NCBI GenBank assembly: GCA_043816125.1
Contig: JBDRIF010000045.1
Coordinates: forward strand, 1 to 48,886
Direction of reading: 5' to 3'
Length of the DNA: 48,886 nucleotides
Source of the DNA: a bacterium
GTDB taxonomy: Bacteria; Margulisbacteria; WOR-1; O2-12-FULL-45-9
Part shown: piece after piece, positions 14,894 to 22,780 of the stretch
How the letters are laid out: every line of letters begins with the position of its first letter
Position numbering within the stretch: the stretch's first letter is position 1
Made by a program: the position numbers and the translations under genes
Notes under the pieces: generated by a model
Database searches by the model: none
What the model saw: only the letters and a program-made list of their open reading frames with translations
What the model was told of the DNA's origin: nothing

Positions 14894-16537
14894 TTATTCG
14901 TCCAATAGTTGCTGTGCCAATAACTCTTCATCAACATCAGGCAGTTTCCTGGTGCGGGCCTGGCGAATACTTTTTACAATCCCAACCAGTGTTAGTTCTC
15001 TGTGTTCTAAAAGTATTTTTTCCAATGGGCCAAATTTTTGGTCAAATTTTTCGTCAGGCATGTCGGCATCATTGGCGGAAGGTTTAATTTCTAGCTCAAT
15101 GTCATCTTTCAGTTTGTTTTTTAATCTAACATTTACTCTTGACTCTTTACTAGGCGACAGTTGGCATTTATTGTCAATAATTATTTGCACTTGAGCGGCA
15201 TATTCTGGCCCAATTGGTAAATTAGCTAAGGCTTTAAATGCCGTTTCTATCGCGGCCTCTTGTATTGGCGTGGGAACCGGTTTTACTCTAAGGGGAGGGG
15301 TTATTCTTTCTACTTGGAGTCCGTATCCGGCTGCTGCAGTTTCAACTGTTGGGGTTTTTGCTTTCGCTTCAGGATCAGCTAATATTCTAGAATATTCTGC
15401 TCTAATTGTTTCTGGGTTGGTGTCGGCACGATCTGGATCCAGTAGTATTTTTATCTTTCCTTTTGTTCTCAGATCTCTATTAAAAATATCAATGATAAGC
15501 TTTTTGCCAATAAGTCGAGGGGAAATAAATCTGTTATCGGCAACAAAACAGGGAGAGGCTGTAGCTGCTAAGGCGAGCTCGACTTTTCTGGCAAATGGGA
15601 CGACTGAACTATCTAAGGCCTCCCTGATTAATCTAATAGAAGGAGCTTTATCATCCGGCTGATCGGGAAGAGTGAAATCTCCTGCTAATGCTCGATTTTG
15701 GTCTCCTTCGTCGTAGGCTTTTGGCTGAGGAACGTTTGGCGGAGAAGCTTTTGGGACCGCTGTCGGATCGGCAATAATTCTATTGTATTCTTCTCTAATT
15801 GCCTGAGGGGTAGTGCTGGTTCTGTCGGCCTCTAATCTTATCGTAATCTTTTCTCTGTTTCGTAGTTCTTGATTTAATATCTCTATGATTGTCAGTTTGC
15901 CAACAAGGTCTGGGCGAATGAATCTATTATCAGCGACAAAAGCTTCTGACGATGTGACAGCTATGGCAATCTCGACTTTTCTGGTTATAGAGACTTCTCT
16001 GCTATCTAATGCGGCTTTAATCAATCTAACAGAAGGGAGAGTATCTTGCTCATTATCGGGCGAGGTAAGTTTTCCTTCAAGCGCAGCATTTTGAGCATTC
16101 TCATCTGTGATTTTGGCCTGCCTTAACTCGTTGAAATGAGTTTGTAATTGCTCTGGTGTGTATTTGTTCGCTGTGGGTAACATTGGCAGGCAATTTAGTT
16201 CAATTAAATAAGCATTAAAAACTCTGATAATTGTGGAGAGGGTGAAAGCCTCGGGATAGGCGGCTCTCCCTTGAGGGAAAAAGAGATCTGATTTTAAGAC
16301 TGCTTCGGCAATGGCTATTCTTCTTTCGGGTAGATTGCCAGGCGATTTCATGGCCTCTCTTAATAATCTCCCAGAAGGCAATTTATTGCTAGCAGTACCA
16401 GGCTTTGAGAATTCGCCGGCTAAGGCTCTCTCTTGAAATCTCTGTGATGTGATTATTTCAAAAGTCAGCTTTATTCTCCCTGAACTTGTTGTCGGATAGT
16501 CGTAATTAAGAGGTGCTTTTCTTGGCGGTATTCTCAT
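14894..16537 (-). CDS. hypothetical protein with three internal ~110-130-aa repeats
   Basis: ORF 14894..16651. The first 38 codons are antisense to the duplicated serS 5' end, so I prefer ATG 16537 (MRIPPRKAPLNY). Repeats at nt ~16112-16429, 15764-16096 and 15371-15700 share ALAG(E/D)F..P....K.PS.RLI.EAL.S......RKVE.A.A.T.S..FVADNRFI.P.L.GK..II.I.N..LR...KI.I.L..DR..T.P..IR.EY.RI.ADP. No recognisable family. Confidence 0.6.
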   Translation of the reverse strand: MRIPPRKAPLNYDYPTTSSGRIKLTFEIITSQRFQERALAGEFSKPGTASNKLPSGRLLREAMKSPGNLPERRIAIAEAVLKSDLFFPQGRAAYPEAFTLSTIIRVFNAYLIELNCLPMLPTANKYTPEQLQTHFNELRQAKITDENAQNAALEGKLTSPDNEQDTLPSVRLIKAALDSREVSITRKVEIAIAVTSSEAFVADNRFIRPDLVGKLTIIEILNQELRNREKITIRLEADRTSTTPQAIREEYNRIIADPTAVPKASPPNVPQPKAYDEGDQNRALAGDFTLPDQPDDKAPSIRLIREALDSSVVPFARKVELALAATASPCFVADNRFISPRLIGKKLIIDIFNRDLRTKGKIKILLDPDRADTNPETIRAEYSRILADPEAKAKTPTVETAAAGYGLQVERITPPLRVKPVPTPIQEAAIETAFKALANLPIGPEYAAQVQIIIDNKCQLSPSKESRVNVRLKNKLKDDIELEIKPSANDADMPDEKFDQKFGPLEKILLEHRELTLVGIVKSIRQARTRKLPDVDEELLAQQLLDE

Positions 16538-16583
16538 GTGTTGTTTTCGCAGCTTTTTTGTAATAATTTCACTCCAATATGAA

Positions 16584-16663
16584 TTGACCCCTATTTTTTT
16601 CTTGTGTATACTTGGAATAATAATGCTTGACCCAAAACTGATCAGAAACAATCCGGAAGCTGT
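16584..16663 (+). repeat. 80-bp direct repeat, copy 1: duplicate of the serS promoter plus first 14 codons
   Basis: Aligns with 17922..18001 with 4 mismatches by manual alignment. Retains TTGACC-N17-TATACT (16584..16612) and an ATG at 16623 opening a 15-codon remnant [15 protein letters not shown]. Confidence 0.85.
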
Positions 16664-16666
16664 GAA

Positions 16667-17839
16667 TTAGTGAACTCTTGAAATTTCCTGAATATTTCTT
16701 CGGGCTTGGTCGATTCGAGGTTGGAAGGCTTGAGAACCTTGTTGCCATCGTTGGAAAATTTCAATCAATTTTTCTTGCGTCTCAATAGCTATTGCCCAGT
16801 CCTCAGCTTTTTTGGCAATTGAGTAAGCGTGATCAAGCGTGCCTATTTTGGGGGCTAGCCGGAAGGCTTCTGTAATTAATGGCAATGCTTGACGAGGGTC
16901 AGGAAGGGAGGGTGCATTAGTCTCAAATATCAATGCGAGGGCGCTGTCTTCTATATTATCTATCCCCCCCCATTTCATTATCCTTTTTCTTATGTCAGCT
17001 AACACAGCTGGGGCTACAACACCGGAAAATTGATCTAAATAATTTTCTGTTTCCCTAACTGCTGGATCAACCACAGTTATTTCTAATGGATGGATGGGGG
17101 AGATGTTCTTGGCTGGGCTTCCGGGCTCGACAATTAGAGCAGTAATAGCCTTATCGATTGCATTACTTTGTTCAGAAGAAATCCTCAAATACATGGCCGT
17201 GAGAGCGGAGTTTAACGCCCTGTCGTCCCTCGGCTGGCATTCTATCCGGGCTTTCGCAAAGAGATCAAGATGCTGATCATCCATCTGCCAGAAAGCATCA
17301 AGTAAGGCTGCGAGTGTGTTGAGGCCTTTTTCACTGGTAGCGGCGCGAATCATTAATGTTCTGACGGCTTGTGCCGGGTTGGCCGAATTCAATACTAGCG
17401 AAGCCAAACGTTTAGGTGACTGGTCATCCATTCGATCCAATATCTTCTGGGCGGATTGGCTGTTATGCAAATATGCTTCATCAAAAATATATTGAGTGGC
17501 AGCCTCGGCTGCAGTGGCTTGTTCCGGGGAGCCAAAAGCTGCGGTATATTCCAGCACAAATACAACTAAGTCAAGGTCGCATTTTTTTATAATATTTCCA
17601 AGTTTGCCTTCCTCGCCAGTTTGTGCTAAAAAAGCTGCCAGAGTAAATATGACGTGGGATTGCTGTGGAGTGGGAACTGCTGCGCCAGTGATCAAGTCTG
17701 CTTCTTGCTCCAGCCCTTCAAGCAATGAAAATTCGCGTTGAGGATCTCTTACAAACCGCTGGTAAGCGGCTTGATATGCTTGATCGCAATCAGGATTAGC
17801 TGATGTTGAATAACCACATTCTCCGGGAATGCTTATCAT
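16667..17839 (-). CDS. hypothetical alpha-helical protein (no recognisable motifs)
   Basis: 390 aa ORF; GGAGG about 10 nt upstream of ATG 17839. Exactly bracketed by the two 80-bp repeat copies. Confidence 0.6.
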   Translation of the reverse strand: MISIPGECGYSTSANPDCDQAYQAAYQRFVRDPQREFSLLEGLEQEADLITGAAVPTPQQSHVIFTLAAFLAQTGEEGKLGNIIKKCDLDLVVFVLEYTAAFGSPEQATAAEAATQYIFDEAYLHNSQSAQKILDRMDDQSPKRLASLVLNSANPAQAVRTLMIRAATSEKGLNTLAALLDAFWQMDDQHLDLFAKARIECQPRDDRALNSALTAMYLRISSEQSNAIDKAITALIVEPGSPAKNISPIHPLEITVVDPAVRETENYLDQFSGVVAPAVLADIRKRIMKWGGIDNIEDSALALIFETNAPSLPDPRQALPLITEAFRLAPKIGTLDHAYSIAKKAEDWAIAIETQEKLIEIFQRWQQGSQAFQPRIDQARRNIQEISRVH

Positions 17840-17890
17840 GCAAGTCGAACCTCCATACGAACTTATCGTGTTATCATGCTAAAAACTTGC

Positions 17891-17911
17891 GCCTGCCTCC
17901 GGTAGGCAGGC
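17891..17911 (-). terminator. perfect 8-bp GC-rich hairpin, followed on the minus strand by a T5 run 5 nt downstream (terminator-like)
   Basis: gcctgcct-ccggt-aggcaggc. On the minus strand it is followed by gcaagttttt. Lies between the serS promoter and the start of the 390-aa gene. Confidence 0.35.
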
Positions 17912-17921
17912 CAAAATGGAT

Positions 17922-17950
17922 TTGACCCTCATTTTTTTCTTGTGTATACT
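17922..17950 (+). promoter_or_regulatory. sigma70-type promoter of serS: TTGACC-N17-TATACT
   Basis: TTGACC 17922..17927, 17-nt spacer, TATACT 17945..17950. ATG is 10 nt downstream with no SD. Confidence 0.6.
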
Positions 17951-18001
17951 TGAAATAATCATGCTTGACCCAAAACTGATCAGAAACAATCCGGAAGCTG
18001 T
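17922..18001 (+). repeat. 80-bp direct repeat, copy 2 (functional serS promoter and 5' coding end)
   Basis: See copy 1 at 16584..16663. Confidence 0.85.
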
Positions 18002-19241
18002 CAAAAAAGCCTTAAAAAATCGCAAGGCCGATGCTTCTTTGGTTGATAAGTTCCTGGCCATAGATGAAGAATGGCGAAAGTTGATCATGGAGACGGATGA
18101 ATTAAAAGCTAAACGTAATACCGTTTCCGACCAGGTGGCTAAAAAGAAAAAGGCTAAAGAACCGACCGATGAATTAATTGCCGATATGAAACTTGTTTCT
18201 ACAAAAATTAAGGAACTAGATGAGCAACAGAGGGCGGTTGAGGAAAAACTCAACACTATCGCACTGCAAATGCCAAATACTCCGCATCTTTCTGTCCCTA
18301 TCGGTGTTGATTCGCGTGATAATATTGAAGTCCGGTCCTGGGGGGAGAAGACAAAATTCGATTTCCACCCTTTGGCTCACGATGAGCTGGGGAGAAGACT
18401 CGATATCCTCGATTTTGAGCGGGCCGCCAAGATTTCCGGCGCCAGATTTGTCGTGAATAAAGGGTTGGGGGCACAATTGGAGCGGGCATTAATCAATTTT
18501 ATGCTCGACTTGCATACCAAGGAGCATGGCTATACCGAAGTAATAGCGCCTGTTTTGGTTAATGCCAAAGCAATGCAGGGGACAGGGCAGTTACCAAAAT
18601 TCGCAGAAGACTTATTTAAAATGAAGGATGATCCTTTATATTTAATTCCGACCGCCGAAGTCTCGGTTACCAATATGCATGCCGATGAAATATTGACTGC
18701 CGATCAACTTCCGCTAAAATATGTTTGTTACTCAACTTGTTTTCGCCGTGAAGCGGGGTCGTATGGGAAAGATACCAAAGGGATCATCCGTCAGCATCAA
18801 TTTAACAAAGTTGAATTGGTTAAATTTTCTGAGCCAGATAAATCATACGAAGAACTTGAACTTTTGACGAAAGATGCGGAGATCGTTCTTCAAAAACTTG
18901 GTCTCCCTTATCGGGTTGTTCAACTCTCTACCGGTGATCTCGGGTTTTCAGCGGCAAAAACTTATGATCTCGAAGTTTGGTTCCCTTCCGAGAATAGATA
19001 TCGCGAAATATCTTCTTGTTCAAATTTTGAATCTTTTCAGGCGAGAAGGGCGGGGATCCGCTTTCGAGCTGATGCCAAGGCAAAAACGGAGTATTTACAT
19101 ACATTAAACGGTTCCGGCCTGGCAGTAGGTCGGACTTTAGCGGCAATCTTGGAAAATTTCCAGCAAAAAGATGGCTCGATCGAAATCCCTCAAGTTTTAC
19201 ATCAATATATGGGAAATACACGCAAGATTTCCCCGTCTTAA
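17961..19241 (+). CDS. serS: serine--tRNA ligase
   Basis: ORF 17916..19241. The canonical N-terminus [18 protein letters not shown] starts at ATG 17961. Class II motifs [21 protein letters not shown] and [18 protein letters not shown]. Confidence 0.93.
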   Translation: MLDPKLIRNNPEAVKKALKNRKADASLVDKFLAIDEEWRKLIMETDELKAKRNTVSDQVAKKKKAKEPTDELIADMKLVSTKIKELDEQQRAVEEKLNTIALQMPNTPHLSVPIGVDSRDNIEVRSWGEKTKFDFHPLAHDELGRRLDILDFERAAKISGARFVVNKGLGAQLERALINFMLDLHTKEHGYTEVIAPVLVNAKAMQGTGQLPKFAEDLFKMKDDPLYLIPTAEVSVTNMHADEILTADQLPLKYVCYSTCFRREAGSYGKDTKGIIRQHQFNKVELVKFSEPDKSYEELELLTKDAEIVLQKLGLPYRVVQLSTGDLGFSAAKTYDLEVWFPSENRYREISSCSNFESFQARRAGIRFRADAKAKTEYLHTLNGSGLAVGRTLAAILENFQQKDGSIEIPQVLHQYMGNTRKISPS

Positions 19242-19260
19242 TCCGATAAATATTATAGCC

Positions 19261-19512
19261 ATGGATGCGTCAAAAATTAATCCGTTAGTTGTCTCTGTTT
19301 TTCCAAACTTAATAGATTCGATTGCAAAGCCAGCGGGCAAACCCGATGTCTTTCTTTCGGAATTAGAAAATGTTTTTGCAGCAAAAACAAGCCTTTTATC
19401 TCCTCATGATATTCTACCTGGGGTCCTTGTTCCTGGCGAACAATTGCCGAATCCCACTCCTTTTTATCCCGCTTTAAATATTGAACAAAAAGACCCCACT
19501 GCTATTGGCTAA
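19261..19512 (+). CDS. small hypothetical protein (83 aa)
   Basis: In-frame ATG 19261 within ORF 19171..19512 (MDASKINPLVVSVFPNL...). TATTAT box lies 4 nt upstream. No homology recognised and the coding status is uncertain. Confidence 0.3.
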   Translation: MDASKINPLVVSVFPNLIDSIAKPAGKPDVFLSELENVFAAKTSLLSPHDILPGVLVPGEQLPNPTPFYPALNIEQKDPTAIG

Positions 19513-19520
19513 TTATTTTA

Positions 19521-19529
19521 TGCTATAAT
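19521..19529 (+). promoter_or_regulatory. extended -10 box TGCTATAAT, 6 nt upstream of ATG 19536
   Basis: tgctataat at 19521..19529, spacer tatttt, then ATG. No SD. Confidence 0.5.
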
Positions 19530-19535
19530 TATTTT

Positions 19536-19814
19536 ATGCCTCTCTACGATTACAAATGCAAAAAGTGCAGTCACATCTTTGAAGTGCAACAGCGGATCAC
19601 TGATGCGCCGTTGAAATATTGTCCTGAATGTAAAGGGGATATCTTTCGTCTGATCTCAGCGGCTGGAGTGGTTTTTAAAGGTTCTGGTTTTTATGTTACA
19701 GATTCTAAGGGTAAAAAATCACACGCGCATACTGCCAAAGCCGAGAAGAAAGAGGTTAAGGCTAAAGATTCAAAAAGTTCTGCAAAAGATTCTTCCCCGC
19801 CTCAGTCAAAATAG
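19536..19814 (+). CDS. FmdB-family zinc-ribbon protein (CxxC...CxxC) with Lys/Ser-rich tail
   Basis: 92 aa; [41 protein letters not shown] is the classic FmdB/CxxC_CxxC_SSSS N-terminus. Confidence 0.8.
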   Translation: MPLYDYKCKKCSHIFEVQQRITDAPLKYCPECKGDIFRLISAAGVVFKGSGFYVTDSKGKKSHAHTAKAEKKEVKAKDSKSSAKDSSPPQSK

Positions 19815-20325
19815 ATTCCGGATGAAATTGAACCCCTTCGAGTTTGAATTCCTTATGCCTAATTCCCATGATCTCATCATCATCTGCCGTGGCGGAAATT
19901 TCAAAACAAGCTGGAAGGCTCTCTTTTTCTACGATTAACGAATGGTAACGGGTGGCTTTGAACGGTTTTGGTAGACCATGAAAAATTGTCTTCCCATCAT
20001 GATGTATCTCTGATGTCTTTCCGTGCATCAGTCTCTTGGCCCGCACAACTTTTCCGCCAAAAGCCTCGGCGATTGCCTGTTCGCCCAAACAAACTCCCAA
20101 TATAGGAATTTTGCCGGCCAAAGTCTTGATCACTTCTTTGGAAATTCCGGCATCGGCCGGGGTCCCCGGGCCTGGGGAGATAACGATCTTATTGGGCTGA
20201 AGCTTTTCAATCTCGGCGATGGTGATCTGGTCGTTACGAAAAACTTTTAGTTCGGCCCCTAACTCACCAAAATACTGAACAAGATTGTAGGTAAACGAGT
20301 CGTAGTTATCGATCATCAGTATCAT
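19762..20325 (-). CDS. glutamine amidotransferase of anthranilate / aminodeoxychorismate synthase
   Basis: ORF 19762..20352. Canonical start [19 protein letters not shown] at ATG 20325. GVCLGEQAI catalytic Cys and [19 protein letters not shown]-terminus. The TrpG versus PabA role is not resolvable here. Confidence 0.88.
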   Translation of the reverse strand: MILMIDNYDSFTYNLVQYFGELGAELKVFRNDQITIAEIEKLQPNKIVISPGPGTPADAGISKEVIKTLAGKIPILGVCLGEQAIAEAFGGKVVRAKRLMHGKTSEIHHDGKTIFHGLPKPFKATRYHSLIVEKESLPACFEISATADDDEIMGIRHKEFKLEGVQFHPESILTEAGKNLLQNFLNL

Positions 20326-20340
20326 GTTATAATTATAACA
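20325..20340. promoter_or_regulatory. perfect 16-bp palindrome TGTTATAATTATAACA holding two overlapping divergent extended -10 boxes
   Basis: Plus strand: TGT+TATAAT (20325..20333), 9 nt before the femX ATG at 20343. Minus strand: TGT+TATAAT (20340..20332), 6 nt before the trpG/pabA ATG at 20325. The whole intergenic region is 17 bp. Confidence 0.55.
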
Positions 20341-20342
20341 CA

Positions 20343-21410
20343 ATGCAATCACGACTCATTAATTTCGCGGATAATGATCTCTGGAACGATTTCGTTGCCA
20401 ATTCTCCCGAGTCTCCTGTCCTCCAGTCTTATGAATGGGGCGAAGTTAAAGCTCGCTTTGGCTGGCAGGCGATCCGTTTAGCGGTTGAAGAGGACGGAAA
20501 GATTGTTGCTGGAGCCTCGATCTTAAAGAGGAAATTGCCTTATCTGCCTCATTCTATTCTTTATGCTCCGCGCGGTCCTGTTGTGGATTATTCTAACCGA
20601 GAGCAATTTGATTTTCTCCTGCACGCTTTGGAACAGGAAGCCGAGAAACACAAAGCTATTTCCCTGAAGATCGATCCCGATCTTGCCGAAGAGCGTCGTG
20701 ACATTCTCGAATACCTCCAGCGGGTCGGCTTTGTGAAATCTCAGAAGCAGGTTCAGCCGCGGGCAACAATTATTCTCGATTTAAAACTTGATTTTGAGGA
20801 ACTATTGAAAAGTTTTGAAGAGAAAACCCGCTACAATATCCGCTTAGCCGGTCGTAAAGGGGTGGAGGTCAAAGAAGATCCGAGCGCGGTTGGGGTGGCC
20901 GCTTTTTATAAGAGCTATATTGAAACCTCAAAACGGGATAATTTTCTGATCCATCCCCCCGAGTATTATCAGGTGATCCGTGAATTAATGTTTGAAAAAG
21001 GACTCGGGACAAACTTTGTCGCTTATTATCAGGGGAAACCGATCGCGGCTGTTATTGTCTTCTGCTTTGGTAAAAAGATCTGGTATATGTATGGGGCCTC
21101 TTCTTCTGAATATCGCAACCTGATGCCTAATCATCTATTGCATTGGGAGATTATTAAATGGGCTAAAGAGCGGAACTATGAAAAATATGACCTCTGGGGG
21201 ATTCCGGCCAATCCACATGAAGGACATCCACTTTGGGGGGTCTATCGCTTTAAAAAAGGTTTTAACGGTGCAACTATTAAGAATATCGGAGCGTATGATT
21301 TTCCTTATTCTTCATTCTTTTATAATGTATTCGAACATGGTTTGACCTGGATCAAGAACGCGCGGAGTTTATTAACTAAAGGCAAAATCGAGGATTCATT
21401 AAGCGAATGA
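20343..21410 (+). CDS. FemAB-family peptidoglycan interpeptide-bridge aminoacyltransferase
   Basis: 355 aa; [73 protein letters not shown] are FemX/FemAB-family signatures. ATGA overlap with murE. Confidence 0.8.
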   Translation: MQSRLINFADNDLWNDFVANSPESPVLQSYEWGEVKARFGWQAIRLAVEEDGKIVAGASILKRKLPYLPHSILYAPRGPVVDYSNREQFDFLLHALEQEAEKHKAISLKIDPDLAEERRDILEYLQRVGFVKSQKQVQPRATIILDLKLDFEELLKSFEEKTRYNIRLAGRKGVEVKEDPSAVGVAAFYKSYIETSKRDNFLIHPPEYYQVIRELMFEKGLGTNFVAYYQGKPIAAVIVFCFGKKIWYMYGASSSEYRNLMPNHLLHWEIIKWAKERNYEKYDLWGIPANPHEGHPLWGVYRFKKGFNGATIKNIGAYDFPYSSFFYNVFEHGLTWIKNARSLLTKGKIEDSLSE

Positions 21411-22780
21411 GTATACAATACGATTCACGTAAGGTTCTTCCAGGAGACACTTTTGTTGCCATGCCTGGCTTCAAAGTAGATGGGGCCGATTATATCCCGC
21501 AAGCCATAAAAAACGGGGCCAAAATAATTGTGGCCGAGAGAAAAGTTTCGGTGCCTGACGGAGTTAGGCTGGAACTTGTCCCCTCTGCCCGCAAAGCTTT
21601 GGCGCATATGGCTGCGAAATTGTATGATTTTCCTTCTCGCAAATTACAATTGATCGGGATTACCGGAACAAACGGAAAAACAACTACCGCTTATTTGATC
21701 CGATCAATTCTGGAGCGGGCGGGGCATCGGGTCGGTTTGATTGGGACAATAGATAACTCGTTAACAACTCCCGAGTCATTAGAACTGCAGGCAATCTTTG
21801 CCTCTATGGTTGCGCAAGGGGTCACTCATGTGGTGATGGAGGTCTCTTCGCATGCTTTAGCCCAGGATCGGGTCGCCTATTGCGACTTTGATATTGCGAT
21901 CTTTACTAACCTGACACATGATCATCTCGACTATCATCACTCTTTTCATGAATATTTGGCTGCGAAAAAGAAATTGTTTGAAAGGCTGAAACCGGAGGGG
22001 TTGGCGATTATTAATGTTGATGATCCGGCTAGTCATTTCTTTCTTGAGGTGGTGAGGGGGGAAGCGGCTACTTACGGTGTCAGCCAGGCCAAGCACGAAC
22101 CGCGCGACACTTCGCACAACGAGTTTGATACCAGGGTTGGGGATGTTCAGATCAGAGCCAGGGACATGGTCCTCAAGATCAATGGTCAGGAGATCAGGAC
22201 CCCATTGATTGGTATGTTTAATGTCTATAATATAGTTGCCGCTTTTCAGTGTGCTTTGGCCCTCCATGTCCCGCAACAGGTTATTAAGAAGGGGATTGAG
22301 TCTTTAAAATTGGTTCCCGGGCGAGTGGAGCGGATTGAGTGTGGCCAGCCTTTTTCGGTGATTGTCGATTTTGCCCACACGCCGGATGCTTTGCAAAAAC
22401 TTCTGGAGACCTATCGGCCAATTACCAAAGGTAAGCTTATCCTTGTTTTCGGTTGTCCCGGTGATCGGGATAAGACTAAAAGGCCCGAGATGGGGAAGAT
22501 TGCCGATCAGTTAGCCGATCAAGTTATTGTTACAACTGATGACCCTCATAACGAAAAACCTGAAAATATTATCAAAGATATTGTTGCAGGTTTTTCAAAT
22601 GACAAATGTTTTGAATCAATTATTGATAGAAAAGAAGCGATTGAAAAGGCTTTATCCATGGCTAAAAAAGATGATACTGTGTTGATTGCTGGTAGAGGGC
22701 ACGAGAAGGTTCAGGATTTTAATGGGAAGAAAGTCCCCATTAATGACAAAGAAGTTGTCGAGTCTTACTTTACCCGTTAA
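21407..22780 (+). CDS. murE: UDP-N-acetylmuramoyl-L-alanyl-D-glutamate--2,6-diaminopimelate ligase
   Basis: 457 aa; GITGTNGKTTT P-loop, MEVSSHAL, DFAHTPDAL, DRDKTKRPEMG, TTDDPHNE. The diaminopimelate (versus lysine) specificity is assumed, not shown. Confidence 0.88.
   Translation: MSIQYDSRKVLPGDTFVAMPGFKVDGADYIPQAIKNGAKIIVAERKVSVPDGVRLELVPSARKALAHMAAKLYDFPSRKLQLIGITGTNGKTTTAYLIRSILERAGHRVGLIGTIDNSLTTPESLELQAIFASMVAQGVTHVVMEVSSHALAQDRVAYCDFDIAIFTNLTHDHLDYHHSFHEYLAAKKKLFERLKPEGLAIINVDDPASHFFLEVVRGEAATYGVSQAKHEPRDTSHNEFDTRVGDVQIRARDMVLKINGQEIRTPLIGMFNVYNIVAAFQCALALHVPQQVIKKGIESLKLVPGRVERIECGQPFSVIVDFAHTPDALQKLLETYRPITKGKLILVFGCPGDRDKTKRPEMGKIADQLADQVIVTTDDPHNEKPENIIKDIVAGFSNDKCFESIIDRKEAIEKALSMAKKDDTVLIAGRGHEKVQDFNGKKVPINDKEVVESYFTR

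Noticed and set aside
16538-16651. N-terminal 38 codons of ORF 14894..16651 ([19 protein letters not shown]...), and the similar minus-strand ORF 17879..18256
   Set aside because: Both are antisense translations of the duplicated serS promoter and 5' end. The same peptide (LISFGSS.II.SIHKKK) appears in both only because of the 80-bp repeat. The start was moved to ATG 16537, and the 17879..18256 ORF is treated as spurious.
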